From Azolla caroliniana (taxonomy: Eukaryota; Plantae; Polypodiophyta), in the NCBI GenBank assembly GCA_043228905.1, contig JBHGNT010000001.1:25234001-25298000 (forward strand): a stretch of DNA of 64,000 nucleotides. The letters run 5' to 3'. Position numbers and translations under genes: made by a program. How positions within the stretch are numbered: the stretch's first letter is position 1; each line of letters starts with the position of its first letter. Below the pieces are notes generated by a model. The model had not been told where the DNA came from. It was given only the letters and a program-made list of their open reading frames with translations, and made no database searches. Shown in pieces: positions 1-14,212 of the stretch.

Positions 1-1873
1 GGCTTCTAGGACTCACTAACAAGATACAATGCATCATATTGTGCTATGCACCTATGGTCTTAGTCTTGGACAATTGTAAACCTTGGATTCTTGAGAGGCA
101 TATTTATATGTCAATGTTAAAGCACTTACATAAACAACCATCATACTTCTCCACATTGCCTTGACCTTTGGATACTTGAGTGGCATCAAAATATGGTGTG
201 CCAATAACATCTCCTCTTTGCTCCATGTACCTAAGGTTATTAATTATAAAAGACCCTCGCTAATGTTTATGTAGTCATGAGGTTCAAAATCTCACGATAT
301 AGGTCATTATGCGATCCCACTCTCAACTCTCAATGGTACTCCCGTTAAGCTAACTACTAGAGTTAATCGATAACGAGAAACACATGTTGATCCATAATGG
401 TTACCCAGCTTGGGTCCTCTTGGTTTGGACATGTAGAGTTCGGAAGAAAAATGCTTAACTACGCACTATCCATGCTAAACCATATTGGAATCTATTCCAT
501 AGGATACGCAACGAGTAAAATTTCGTCACATTGGAATTTGTTAGTAGTTATAAATCGAGTGAATAGTATTGTCATTGGACTAAAGCAAATGACATTATTT
601 TGAGTAATAACCCCTTGACACACAAGAACTTTCCACTACTTTATGGAGTTTTAATCTTGGAAATTTTAATGACGTGAACGCTCATCAACAAAATAGCTAA
701 ATAGAAAATTATAAAGATATCCATATCTCGTGGTCTACTATGTATTCTCTAGTGATGCACTCTTTACGGTTGATAATTTACTAAGGGAGCCCCTAACTCC
801 TCATGATTGATTATGTCTACAAGGTAAAACCAAGTTAGGGTGAACAATAACCAATTCCATGATGTAATGGCAACAACCTTGTAATTGGAAATTAACTAAC
901 TAGTCAATTCATGAAACTATCCAAAGTCAATGTAGGCATTACCCAAGGTGCAGATTATGTAATTTGGGTTATACAGTACTAAAGATATATAGTAGTTCCC
1001 CCTCTTGAGCATTCAAGTGCGTCGGTTTCTTCAGAAGAAAGAAGAAGATATGGTTGAAAAGTGCTCTGCGGTACTTGCATGGTACATTATACTTCTAATT
1101 AGTGCATGTGGAAGGTGCCTTAAATAAATGTTTGGAGGTATTCATAGATGCATATATGTTGGGTTTAAGACTCTTTTAAGTATGTATATAAAAGACACGA
1201 AGACCATGTGACATGAACCACAGAAGGAGACACAAGTAGATCACATGGATGATGTAAAAAAGGTGGCGTGATGGGTTCTCCCCTTTATGTATATTTATTC
1301 CAATGGAAGAACCTAATAATATACAAAGTTGTTATGGTTTCCAATATGATAACTTGTAATCAAGCAAGCAAGCACTAGACTTAGTATGTGTAGTGGATCT
1401 ATGGTGGGACAAACATGTGCCTATGTATTCTCGGCCACACGTACATAAGCTCCTAATGTCAGGTCCGACTAATCAACTATCCTAGGAACATGGTGGATTA
1501 GTCGGAGATCTCTTGCAAAAACGTGATGGACCCACAAAAGTAGAGATGAAATTTAATGCAATTGAGAGAAGAAAATTGCGCCGATAAATGGTGCCATGGG
1601 AAAATGCATTCTTGTATAATGCCAATGTGCCTAAACACGAGAACTCTAGACTAGAGAAAAGCTCCTTTTTTATGTCTTTTGTCCCTACTCTTTACCATAA
1701 CATTCTTGCAAGTTTCCAATCCTCTTCAAGGTCGCATAGAAAAGCACAACCTTCACATCTTTCTCATTCCATTCAATCTTGTACAGTAATCAATCCTTTA
1801 ATCATGATGAACAATACATGCTACATATAATTAAACAACATCCTTTGTCAATTCTCCTCATTTTTTTCATCAA

Positions 1874-4096
1874 ATGGGATCTTATATTGATTATTGCGCC
1901 TTAATCTCGGCCTCTATATTCACATTCTTGTTCTTCTTCCCGTCGGTCGTGAATTGCAGAGGATTGATCAATATCGAAGAGATTTCAAAGTTAAATACCA
2001 GCACTACGCGGCACCACCGCCACAAGGAGGAATTGTTAGCCCCTAAGTTGTTACCCACATTTCGTGAATTGGCATATGCATCGAAATATATAATTGTCGA
2101 TAAGCAAGGTAAAGGCCAATTCCAATCAATTCAAGCTGCAGTAGATGCTGTTCCAGGTAACAATCGGCAATGGGTCGTCATTCAGATCAATGCTGGAGTC
2201 TACAAGTGAGTTTGTTTTCCTAATAATTTTCAAGGCAACTACTTAAATTATGGTTTAAATAGATCCATGCCATCATGCCATAGCAGCTTGGCTTGACATG
2301 ATCATTGGATATCTTGGGAATTGATTGGGTTAACTTAATGATGTCCAACTGAATCCTCGTCGTCAGACTGTTAAAATTTCTACTAATTACAAAGATTAAT
2401 GGCACCATTTTTGTGGTCTTTTTTTCCAGTGAGAAAGTCACAATACCTTTCGACAAGCCCTATATTACATTCCAAGGGGCCGGAAGGATGGCTACGATTA
2501 TAAGTTGGGGCGACAGAGCGAGCACATTCGGGACTGCAAATAGTGCGACATTCACTGCGAATTCGCCAAACTTCATAGCAAAGGGCATCGGTTTCAGGGT
2601 ACGTAGGTTATTCATGAAATGTGAATAAGTTTAAGAAAAAAAAAAGGTGTTAGCAAACAAATACAAATACAAAACATGTGCATAGTCATAGCTCATTACA
2701 AAAGATGATGATGATTTCATGTATGTATGTGTCCCAAGTTGTTGAATCACATGAACATGTTGTTACTAAAACAATGATGCATGAAATAGTGAGGATTGGG
2801 GTTGTTAATGTGCAGAATTCGGCACCGCCTCCGGCCCCGGGGGCTTATGGAGGGCAAGCCGTAGCCGTCCTCCTAAACGGAGACAAGATGGCATTCTACG
2901 AGTGCGGGTTTTACGGATCACAGGACACGCTCTTCGACTATGAAGGCCGACATTACTTCAAGAATTGCTACATCCAAGGAGCCATAGATTTCATCTTCGG
3001 CCACGGGCAATCCCTCTATAAGGTATATAATGACCAAGGGCTATATTTTTGTCGACACATTTTGCCGATACCCAAGCGGGCGAGAAACCTAGGCATGTAA
3101 ACGTGAAGCCTCGCCTACTGGCAATCCCTCTATAAGGTATATAATGTCCACGGGCTATATTTTTGTCAACACATTTTGCTGATACCCAAGCGGGCGAGAA
3201 ACCTAGGCATGTAAACGTGAAGCCTCGCCTTCCTGCTTCACAAGCATGATAAAACCTCATGGTGTTAAATGTCTGTAGGCAGGAAGTCTAGCCAAGGAGG
3301 GGAAACTTGGTGGGCAAATAGTAGTGTATACATACATTGGGCATTGAATGGATGGATGTGTGTGTGTGTGTGTGTGTCTGTTGTAGGGGTGTGAGCTTGT
3401 AGTGACCGCGGAGTCGGGCTACCTGTCCGGATCTATAACCGCACAGAACAGGAAGGATCCACAGGACGGGGGAGGGTTTGTGTTCGTGGGGTGTCGGATC
3501 ATGGGGACAGGGGAGGTGTACCTAGGACGTGCTTGGGGCGCCTACTCTCGTGTCGTCTTCATCTCCACATACATGAGCGACATCGTTGTCCCTGACGGAT
3601 GGGACGACTGGGGCCAACCCTCACGCCGCCGGTAAGCCCCACATATTCTTTCAAACATTATATCCCACCCCATATATATATGCAACATTCGGGTAACTTC
3701 ACTCCATCCGAGCTAGGGTAATGTATTGACCTTGGGCATAGTTCATGACACTCATTACCCTTTCCACACTTGTTAGTGTAATGTATTGACCTTGGACGCT
3801 TGATCTGCCCCATGTGCGTAGCGCAAATAAATCAAGGGTGTGTTTTGTGTGTAATCCATATGAAAGGGTGTATCGTGTAAGTAAATATATGTATTGCTAA
3901 TGATTGGTAAAAAAGTTGTTGCATAATACATTATTCCCCCCACAGGACCGTGTTTTATGGGCAGTACAAGTGTACCGGTCCGGGTTCAAACACTGCTCGA
4001 CGTGTGAGGTGGTCTCATGAGCTTTCCGATGTTGAGGCTGTGCCATTCTTGCGACTCACCTTCATTAATGCAGGCAATTGGCTCCAAGAAATATAA
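1874..4096 (+). CDS. PME: Pectin methylesterase (pectinesterase) without PMEI pro-domain; 5 exons 1874-2205, 2430-2598, 2816-3022, 3387-3631, 3946-4096
   Basis: Spliced frame gives a signal peptide, [41 protein letters not shown] and [11 protein letters not shown]. All introns are GT-AG and phase-compatible; stop TAA at 4094-4096. Confidence 0.95.
3006..3229. repeat. 114-bp tandem duplication covering the end of PME exon 3 and its 5' splice site
   Basis: ggcaatccctctataaggtatataatg...gtgaagcctcgcct occurs at 3006 and at 3120. Confidence 0.9.
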
Positions 4097-7000
4097 ATGT
4101 TTGCCATGTCGACCCATATTACTCTACACATATACGATGGAAGGTCCTATCTCCACAATTCTCTAACATTATTACATGGTTACATTACCACCTCATGGAG
4201 CCTTGTTGAAGCTCCACAATAGTATATATACTTCATTACTCAAAACGTTGTGTACATTATCGTGTCTATAAGGGTCACCCATACAAATATAAAAAATGAG
4301 AGACAAACATACACACAATCAACCTCTTCGTCACAAGTATAGTCATGGATTTTTTCATTACATGTATGATATGAATTTCTTAATAAAATGCTAGTGGCAT
4401 TCTTGGAAGCTCCATTTTGTGTCATCGGGTGTCTTTTGAATTTGTTTTGTCGATCATACAATGTTATTGTCCAAGAACGTAAATTTCAACACCTCATCAT
4501 CCAATAAATCGGTTGATTGAGTCACCCACGTGTAAAGCGAAGCTTAGATTTTGTGGTTTATTATTGCATGAGTTTAGATGTCTTCCGAAAAATGATGCCT
4601 TTTAAATTGTTGATTCCTCTCTAGATGAAATCTTGTTCGCTCTATTTAAACTTTATTCTATGAACAAAGTTCTTTTCGTTGCATAGGCTCCTTGAAGTGT
4701 AAGGGTGACTACTTTTAATTGGTTCTTCATCAAATGTGAGAACCATGGGCAAGTACAATGTGAAAATATTCTCCTCAAATTGGTTAAACTCTCAAAAAAT
4801 AGAGTATAATTCTAGATGGGAAATATTTTAAAAATGGTGCTCAGGTATCAGGAAACAATCATGTGTAATTCCAATATGTAGATGTTTAGTTGTACCTTCC
4901 ATATTAACTTTACAACTCTTGAAATTTGAATCCTCCATCTTCATATTATATTCATGACCAACACACAATTTTTGTGGAGAATTAACTCACACTTTCTATC
5001 GGTCATTCCACAACAAAGACAATGATGCATCATATGGTCAAGTTTTCGAAAACAAACATGATATTCATAAGTTCTCTGAGTAATTACACTTATACTTAAA
5101 ATTATTGGTTGTCCTCTTCATGTAATGGGGAATTCAAAACCAATTTCATATGACGTAGTTGGAGCTTAAATGATATCAATACCTAGCATGGAAACTGGTC
5201 AATCTGCCATGAAGTCTCATGGATGATGTGAAGAAAGCCTTTGGCATATAAAGGGTGGACAAATTGATATATACAACAAGCTAGTCGGATGCATACATGC
5301 ATGTTAGCAATATACATCTACAATCCAAAATTAGCGTGAACATAGACAAGTGTTTATGTAATATCAATGTCTAGATGAGTATATTTTTGTTATGCACACT
5401 TTGATGTAATCGTGATAGCATTTTATCCCTTTTTGTTTGAAACACATTACTTATAACACACATATGGGAAAAGGGAACATTCCCGAAATACCCTTCATAT
5501 TCAACTATCCATAACAAAATTATCCTTAACCTTATGGTCACAAGTTTTGGAAATATAAAGGTGTGTCCTCATGTCAAAAAAAGGGGGGAAAGTAGTTAAA
5601 TTTATCACGGTTGGTTATGTGTCAAGAGAGGGTGGAAACGTTAACAAAGATGAAGGCCAAGTACTTTTCATATCACCCAACCCCCCACGTGAAGGGTTTT
5701 TTTAGCATTTCTCCATTTAAATAGTTAAAGAGAACTTTCTCAAAAAAAGTTTGAGTTCCTTGAATGATGAAAGCCACACACATCTCCTAATGTGGTGATG
5801 TTAGGGCTTTTAAAAGAGACCTCAATAAACATGTCGACAACCGACATGCCTTCTCAAAGTACTGAAGGACGTGGATGCAACATATCGGCCTTTCAGTTGA
5901 GCTTTTGTTTTCTATCTGTATATTAAATCTTGGCAAAGAATAGACAAAGTTCTTCGATTGAATTAAATGTGCTTGTCAACCCAAGGTTTCCGTAATGGAT
6001 GTGTGCATGCATAGGCACATGGTTTGTATACCTCTTCAAACCAACCATATATTCATCCAATGAGCGTCCATCTTATTCTTTTCTTTAATGGATGAACAAT
6101 AAAGACGGAGGAACAAACAAAGGGTGATTGTTGCAATAGTCTGTACCTACCTTGGTGAGCACATGTTCGGTGAATCATGAACCACAAGTGGTTAGTGTTA
6201 GTATTCTTTTCTTTATTGGAGGAACGATAAAAGGTTAGAGAAACAACATGAGGTTCTACCTACTTTTGAGAAGCACATGTGCAAGGAAATCAAGAAGGGA
6301 AGATAGAAAAGGAGACATATTGATTTATCGGAATAAACCCTTAAACAAACATTGGCCCATATAAAAGGAAGGCATTTCAACGTCATTGAAATTTTGATCC
6401 TATACGAAACATATTCATTATGGATTGAAGATTTTGTCCCCAAATGTTTACTTTTGCTTGCCTAAAATCCAATCATAAATGCCCATGTGTCATTAAAAAA
6501 ATCTACCCTTTGTATTTTGCTACTTCAGAATTCGTTTTCGGTGATTTGTTTAATTGCTTTTGCATATCCTTGTCAAAAAGCTCGTCTTTGACAATGCGTA
6601 GAACTTGCTAGTGGTGCCAATTTATCTAATTAAAGTAATGGCAGAAACACCGAGCTATTGGGAAAAAACGAACCTTTAAAAACTTGAATTAAAAATACTC
6701 ACACATCACAAATCTCTTAAAAGTAGTTCAGAGTGCACACCTTTGTGCTAGCTACCTTTGTACTCACATCAACATGAAATACATATACATTTTTAAAGCC
6801 GTGCATTATGGGTTTCTTGGAGTACAATGATTTGATGGGAGAATTTCAAATCAGGTACATAGTTCCTCATTTAAGAGTTTATGCACTTGCAAGTAATACA
6901 CACTTGTATTTCTTATGAATATGTTCACATGAAGAACCTAGTTATTTTAGCCAACAAGCACTACGACTCTTTAGATAAAATCAAAGGTTACAAGAAATGT

Positions 7001-10000
7001 GGGGAATACATTTTCTTGTTTGATGGCCAAGGCTAGAAAAAAATTCATGGTCCACGCATCGTAAATTGACACCACATGAATCTTAAACTCAAGCACGTTA
7101 TATTAAGAGAATCCTCATTGTTTTATAATATTATTTCTTTCTTCATGGCACATGTAGAAACAACTATTTGCGTGGAACAATTGCTCTTAGAACCTATAGA
7201 GTTGACTTGTCGTTTGTCTAAAGTTTAAACATATCATGATAATATAGTGTATGCTATGTAAAGTGTGACTCTACTCTACATCCCCTCTTCTAATGCATAC
7301 AAGGACGTTGATGCCTTTAAACAAGTGTTGACATATTTTATTTGCACACAACACTAGGTAGCTCTAATGTTGTAGCAAAAATGCACGTATATTTGTGAAT
7401 TGTCGAGTGGGACCAATTGGGACATGGGGAAGGAATATGTCGTCGTCAATGCAGAGTTGGAGGAGTTAGAAGCTTAGTTGGCTTTCCTTTGTACATCTTT
7501 AGATTGAGTTCACTTGTAAACACGCTTTCGTTGTGCAGGAAAATGTGCTTGTCTTCAACAATTATGTCTATCGAACTGTGTAAGTGTGTTAAATTGCCAT
7601 GCGAGTATGCAAATACTCGTGTGTATTTGTTATAAATGTGGATGTGAAGTTGTAAGTGTGTGAGCTTGTGGATACGTTCGAATGCAATTGCACTTGCAAA
7701 TGTGTATAATGTGCACATGTTTGTATTGAATATTGCATATGTATGTATAAATGTTGAAGTGTTCTTGATGTGCTTATATTCGAGTTTTTGCAGGCATGAG
7801 AACATATGAACATAATATTACATTGTGTGTATGTGTGTGTAATTATTTGTTTTTATGTGTGTTTGTGTTCATGTTTGTATGTTGACGGTAAGTTTTTGCG
7901 TTGATGGGGAGTAGGTCCTTCGCATGCCCGGCTTCCCTCTTTGTTGACCCTTGACGAGTAGTATGATGCTTGTTTTCTCTAGGGAGCTCCCTTCACTCTA
8001 AGGGCTAAATTGACCTTAGCTAAGGCCAATTAGGGATAAATTCATTTCGAGTGCTCACAATTTCGCATAAAAAATTCCAATAAGACCCTCATAGGGATGG
8101 CGTCTTGAAATGGAACTTGGGGATGATTTCAGGTACCTATGTTTAATTTAGGAACGTAGAAATTTTTTGGGTCACTTTCGATTCTCAAAATTTCACATAA
8201 AAAGCCTCGACAAAACCCTCACAAGAGTAGGTCGATAGTAGAATGTTGATCACTCAGATGCATGGGTTTGAATCCCACCTCCTTGAATTACCAATTAGGA
8301 AACCTAAAACTCCTTGGGTGAAGTGAAATGAGTTCTTACCATTTTTCGCTTGCAAGTGTACCACAACAGTCCCTTATTATTCATAATTGCATCAAGCATA
8401 CAATGTAGAAATGTTTCTGAAGCAGATAAACTCTAGAAAGATAATTTAAATTAAACCAATAAGGTGGTTAAGGTTCTTGTAATTTGTAATGAGTTTAGGG
8501 AAATTGTATCAAAATCCCATGAGTTTTACAAATAATAAACCCCTTTACATGGGGTGAGATAGATTAAGATAAGCAAGAGCTTGGGAGGATATCCATGTTT
8601 CGGCATGGCGAGTCTATGATATTAGCAATGTCACCTTGGTCGTGGATCTCCCAAATTGCACCCACATGATTCACTACCCCTAATATTTTGATTATTGGCA
8701 AAGCCTAGGTGCTTGATTCTTCAATATATGAGACCCCACAATGAGCTCTCTTGCTCATTATATAGTTTTCAACAACTCTTTTATGGGATAAAAATAGTGT
8801 TGTCTCTTTGGAAAAGCCAAGCGAAGGCAGTAAGCATCTAGATCATGAAAAACCCTCTTGATCTATAATGATACTAGCGAATAGTAAGAGGTCTAAAACA
8901 CACAAAAGTCCACAATGTAAGGTACGATGTTGGGTATCTTTCATGTTAGGCACAACCTTCATGATATTGTGGCATGCAAACATTTGGTTGATTGAAGACA
9001 CCAAAGCGTCTAGATTGTAGTTCTAATTATTTTCATCCTTACGTTGGATTTATTGAAACTCACCCTTTACATACATACACTACTTGCTTGTTTCTACTTT
9101 GTCACTCACCCCTTACACACATACACTACTTGTTTGTTTCTACTTTGTCGCTATAATTACTCTTACATGTTTGAATCACACATATATGTATGCATTTTCA
9201 TGCTATTCTCATACCTTTACTTTTTGTCACTCAAATAAACCATGAACTACATGCTCTTTATTTTCTCATATAAATTTTGTAACTTGTGCGTCCCTATCCA
9301 AAACAAAATTCCATTCGTTGTACCAAAGGCCAAAGTGCTTGGAATCAACATGCTTCAATCTTCAACATATTTTGTCAACACAAAATTGTACTACAAATTG
9401 CCATACAAAATTATGCGGATGGGTATATTGTCCATTTCTATGTAATTCCTCACATGGTTATGTTTCTTGAGTCATTTTTCTTCATTTTTGTTGTCAAGGT
9501 TTCAAGGGTTCGAGAAAGGAAAACAAAATTGCAGTCATTGTGCACGTAAGCAATGCACTTGGTTTAGATGATACGTAAAACTCTCTTCACTTTTTCTAGA
9601 TGCAGGAATGTTTTCTCATCACGATGTCGGATGGTCAATGTCTAGTAGGAAAGGATTTGTCTTGAAGTGATATTTCGCATATGATGTCAAGTCTTTGTTA
9701 GGGATCATTTTTGTTAGCTCCAATTAAATGTGGCATTAATATGGAGTCCTTTGCTAATGCATTTGCAAGTGTTGTTAATCCATTCACAAATTGACACCAA
9801 AACATTCAAACCATATCAATAAAATAATATTTACGTTTTAGTTAGCACAATGCCATTCATTTCTCATCATAAGAAAGTTTGAAATCTAATCAACGATGAG
9901 TGTACATATTGTCATCCACATCATATGAAGCCTTTGGACCAAGTCAACATTCATAATTTCCACCCATATCAATATTTTACATTTAAAACATTTTGCTCGT

Positions 10001-11247
10001 AAATAAATAAAATCACACAACATCTACGATACAAAGACGTCGATGGCAATCATAAATTTGGTTTGAAATCTAGTGGATTGCTAGTTCTGCACAGCTTCAT
10101 AATGAAATTGGCACATTTTCCACAAATACAAGAAGAGTTAGAAGCGGTGGCAGGATACCTTTAGTGTGCTTATTCAATGGACTATGGCCGCAAGTTGCAA
10201 CATTGGACCATATCATTAATCACATGCATGTGTGTGTAAATGTGTTGGGGTGTGACATTGGGCACTAAGAAAGAACATAAGTTATACCCAACACAAACCA
10301 AATCTGAACCAATGATGACCCTAAATTGACAAATTCAAAGAGATGTTGTCCCATCCGATATTTTTCTAGAAATCAAAATTGGTAATTCTTGCAATGAAAA
10401 CACTCCACGCAAACATTGGAAATGTTCACAAATCTAAGCATCCCAAAGGGTGGAAAAAGTTTTTTTTTTTAAAAAGTTAAAATTCAATATTTTTCACAAA
10501 GTCTCAACGCAAGTTAAAATGCAAACTCAACAATTATACCTGTGATGAAAATATTAATTGAAGCTACGAAGAAGTTTGGAAATGAATGATCCTCATAAGG
10601 CTATTGGCCCTTCCACACCTGGGGTTACTTCCCAACACCCATTCTCTATTCACCGATCATCATCACTGCACTTGCAATCCTCCCCCACATGTAAGGATGG
10701 ATGCTGATAAAGTCTTCGCATACAATTGCCGGAAATGAAATCATCTTACCTAGAGGACTCTTTTCTTGCATATGTGGCTTGCGAAATATGCTAAACCCTT
10801 AGCAATTTAAACATGCAAACAGTTTTTAAATCATTGTTGTTAGTTTTTTTCATACGGAGTTTCCATGCCAGAATGACAAGTATATTGGCTTTCCATGAAT
10901 CTAATACTGGAGGGCTCTTGATTTGGGTAGGGTTCAACCTCTCGACGTCGGGGCACTCGATAACCTCCTCGTTGTAGAGGTGCACATGAAAGAAAGAAGA
11001 GCAAGGAATAGATGCCTAGGAGATATGATAGCCAGTCCCACCACAAACTAGAATGTATATATACATAATGAATGGCAAGAACATGGGCATGAGAATGTGT
11101 GGGTCACATGGAGGAAAACAAAAATGTGTGTGAGCATGCATGCATAGGATTTGAAAGGCCTTGAGAAGATTGAAATTGTGAATATATACATAATACATAT
11201 AAACAAAATCTATATACGTACCATAATATGTACCTACTACAATGTAC

Positions 11248-13248
11248 TTACTTGGCTTTGCAATGGAGTGCACCACATGGGACATTGCAATTGCAATCAT
11301 CATCCCAAGCACGGTCATCATCATCGTCTCCGCTGGACACTCCGGCACTAGATATACGGACCTCGTCCAGCTCGGAGGGATCATTGTTGGGTCGTAACGG
11401 CACGGGCGCAAGAGGGGTTCGGTCGGCCGGTTGGGTTTGTGGCCTGCCCGTCTTTCCGGCCGGCACACGGCCATCGCCAGTACCCGTACAGGTGGTGGAG
11501 GGGTGGGGGCCATTATTATAAAGAGGAGGGGGGCAGTGGAGTCTACGTTTGGGGGGGCACTGGAGGATGTTGATGCCGTACCCTCGCGCCGACGTCCGGA
11601 CCACGTCAATGTGGAACCGGTAGTTCTCATCGGGGGCTTTAGGGTTGTAGCAATCGATGCTCATGAATTTTGTGTGGGCCTCATACTGCCCGCCGGTGGC
11701 GGCGGTGGCGGCGGCGGTAGATCTCCCCCACTGCACACCCTCACCGCCAATCTCATGGCCGCCGCCGCCGCCGCCGCCGTACGGAGCCGGGTTGCGGCGG
11801 GGAAGCTTGAAGTCCAAGGCGTAGTCCTGGTGGACGTAGTCAATGCGGCAAGTGACACGTGGGCAGGAGGAGGAACGAGCGCAGATGGCGCCAACCCCTC
11901 CTCCTCCTGCATCATCATCATCATCATCATCATCATCATGCCTCTCCTCCTCCTCTTTCTCATTCTCATTCTCATTCTCAATGTCTTCACCTCCACCATC
12001 ACCGTCGCCGTCGCCGTCGCCGTCACCATTACCGTCACCGTCACCGTCACCACTATCATCACCGTCATCAAAGCCGCCCTCCTCCTCCTCCTGTTCCTGT
12101 TCCTGTTCCTGTTCCTCCTCCTCGTCGCCCTCGCTGTGGCCCAGTTCCGAGACGCGTAATCCATTACAGGAGGAGGCAGGGGAGGAGGAATCCGTGGAGT
12201 AGGAGGCGGCCTGAGAGTCTGTGGTCTGAGGAGGCCCAGAACTGTCATCGCTGTTATTGGTATTCCTATTGCTATTGCAGCTATCGGAGGAGGAGCCGCG
12301 GACAGGAGGAGGTAAGAGGGAGAGAGAGGAAGTGGAGGCGAATTGGGAGAATGGGGCGGTGAAGATGAGAGGAGGCGGCGTGCGGGAGCGGGAGCGAGGA
12401 GCAGGAGGGGAAGTGGGGGGCGGCGAGTTGAGTAGGGGTGGAGGTGACTGGAAAATGGAGACAGGGGGGCGGTCTGGGAAAGGCCGACGAGGGCGCCATG
12501 GACGAGCAGGCCGAGCGGAATTAGGGTCTGCAGGGCGACGAGAAGAAGAAGAAGAAGAAGAAGAATAAGAAGGAGCCTGCGCAGGCCCACCGGCGGCGGC
12601 GGCGGCGTGATTTCGAGGTGCGGGAGGGGAAGGGCGAGGAGGAGGGTAGGGAAGCCGAATGCGAGGACGGACAGGAAGGGGAACAGGAACGGGGACCAGA
12701 AGGTTAGTAGAGATAGAGGTGTCGTTAAAGAGGCTGATGCAGTTAGAGGAGGAAGGCGGATGATCCCATGCCCGGCGCCTGCGCAGCCGCCGGCGTCCTA
12801 CTAATGGTAGGCGAGAGGGAAGGGGCAAGTCAGGGAGGGGACCCGGCGGATAACGGAGCTTCCCTGTCAAACCGCAGGCCGGACATGTCTCCTCGTGTGA
12901 TGATGATCTGCCGCCGCCGCCATGGCATGAATTGGAGGTATGGCCATTATTCCTAGCTGTGTTGAGTTTGATCGGCGTTCCTGGATCCATTACGCATCTC
13001 CATGCTCCTCCTCTTCTGCTATTACTACTACTACAGTTACTACTACTTCCTCTGCCCCCTCTGACTGTGAATTCCAACACTCTTCCTGCGCCAGTGAATC
13101 CCCAGCCCGGCCCCCATCCCCCTCCTCCTCCTCCTCCTCCTCCTCCTCCTTTCCTTTCCTTTTCAATATTCTCTGCTCCTCCGCATCCTCTCCTTGCTGA
13201 GTATCCCCCTGCATCTGCACGATGAGTATAACCATTGCATGTTGCCAT
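11248..13248 (-). CDS. Uncharacterised low-complexity protein (Gly/Pro/Ser/acidic tracts, Cys-containing C-terminal region), probably single exon; start ATG 13248 or 12990
   Basis: 2-kb stop-free GC-rich frame in AT-rich surroundings. Non-repetitive blocks such as CRIDYVHQDYALDFKLP and YEAHTKFMSIDCYNP...FHIDVVRTSARGYGINILQCPP. Family not recognised. Confidence 0.6.
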   Translation of the reverse strand: MATCNGYTHRADAGGYSARRGCGGAENIEKERKGGGGGGGGGGGWGPGWGFTGAGRVLEFTVRGGRGSSSNCSSSNSRRGGAWRCVMDPGTPIKLNTARNNGHTSNSCHGGGGRSSSHEETCPACGLTGKLRYPPGPLPDLPLPSRLPLVGRRRLRRRRAWDHPPSSSNCISLFNDTSISTNLLVPVPVPLPVRPRIRLPYPPPRPSPPAPRNHAAAAAGGPAQAPSYSSSSSSSSRRPADPNSARPARPWRPRRPFPDRPPVSIFQSPPPLLNSPPPTSPPAPRSRSRTPPPLIFTAPFSQFASTSSLSLLPPPVRGSSSDSCNSNRNTNNSDDSSGPPQTTDSQAASYSTDSSSPASSCNGLRVSELGHSEGDEEEEQEQEQEQEEEEGGFDDGDDSGDGDGDGNGDGDGDGDGDGGGEDIENENENEKEEEERHDDDDDDDDDAGGGGVGAICARSSSCPRVTCRIDYVHQDYALDFKLPRRNPAPYGGGGGGGHEIGGEGVQWGRSTAAATAATGGQYEAHTKFMSIDCYNPKAPDENYRFHIDVVRTSARGYGINILQCPPKRRLHCPPPLYNNGPHPSTTCTGTGDGRVPAGKTGRPQTQPADRTPLAPVPLRPNNDPSELDEVRISSAGVSSGDDDDDRAWDDDCNCNVPCGALHCKAK

Positions 13249-14212
13249 GAAAACACAACCCTTCTTCTTCTTCTTCTTCTTCTTCTTCTTGGTCGTCTTC
13301 GTGTGTCTCGGCCTGATCGATCTCAGCGGAGGCCAAATCAAAAATCGCCGCCAGCCACCAAGGAAAACGAAAGGACGCGACTCTCCCTCTCGTTCCCTCC
13401 GTGTGTTTCCTTTTGTTCGTATGTATGCATGTATGTATATGTGTGTATGTGTATGTATGTATGTATGTATGTATGTATGTATGTACATAATGTGTGCATT
13501 TTGTACGCACAATCACCCCTCCCTCCTCAAATGCTGTGTGTTTCGAACCCTTCTTAACTGTGGTTGGGGTTGCGTAACACTTCATTGATGATTGCATTGT
13601 GGCTCCTTTCTATGTACATTTCATTCTTGGGCAGTCAACCATTTCGCGAGTAGGATGCCTCTCTAAGTTTCAGCCTTGGTTTGTATAGGTTTGTATAGGT
13701 TGGTCTTGTATCGTTGCTTAACCTCTATATAAACTTTGTCCATATCATCATTGTTTCTCATTGGTCAGAGGTGGCATCTCTAGTACTATTGTCACCTTGG
13801 TTTTTTATCATTGGAGATTGCATAATTGGACAATATGTGTTGTAGTGTCAAGCCACAAAATTCCCTCCAAATGATTAGTTTAGTGGGTTCAAAGGCAATT
13901 GGTTGATATTTGTGACTCTTTTTTAAAATACTTTGTTGGAAAGAGAGATGCTTATTCCATAAGGGGGGTTAGAACATAAGTCATCTATATTGTAGGACTT
14001 CATTTCCTTTATGAGGTTGTCAGCAAAGATGTGGTTTTATCCTCTTGTTGAAGGCACTTGTTACTTTGAAGGACATTCCATAACAAAGGTTTTCTTATGT
14101 TGGTATTCGCAGGCTTGTTAAGTATATACAAAGTCTTTGAATGATGCTATGATCACTAAAGAACCCTCCTCTAACCAAGGCAACACACACACACACACAC
14201 ACACATATAACG

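Noticed and set aside
8255-8285. tRNA-like GGGTTTGAATCCCACC (and GGTTCAACCCC on the minus strand at ~14475)
   Set aside because: Only B-box-like fragments; no cloverleaf can be built.
10791-10799. CTAAACCCT as a telomerase RNA template
   Set aside because: Isolated motif with no USE-TATA promoter upstream; at most a telo-box or chance match.
10791-11046. Possible extra exon of the orphan gene after AA|GTAAGT at 11251
   Set aside because: No convincing AG acceptor after the pyrimidine tract; the frame already ends at TAA 11248.
11016-13597. Many overlapping ORFs on both strands (poly-His, poly-Ser, poly-Ile frames)
   Set aside because: Expected from GC-rich trinucleotide repeats lacking stops; only the long minus frame has complex sequence.
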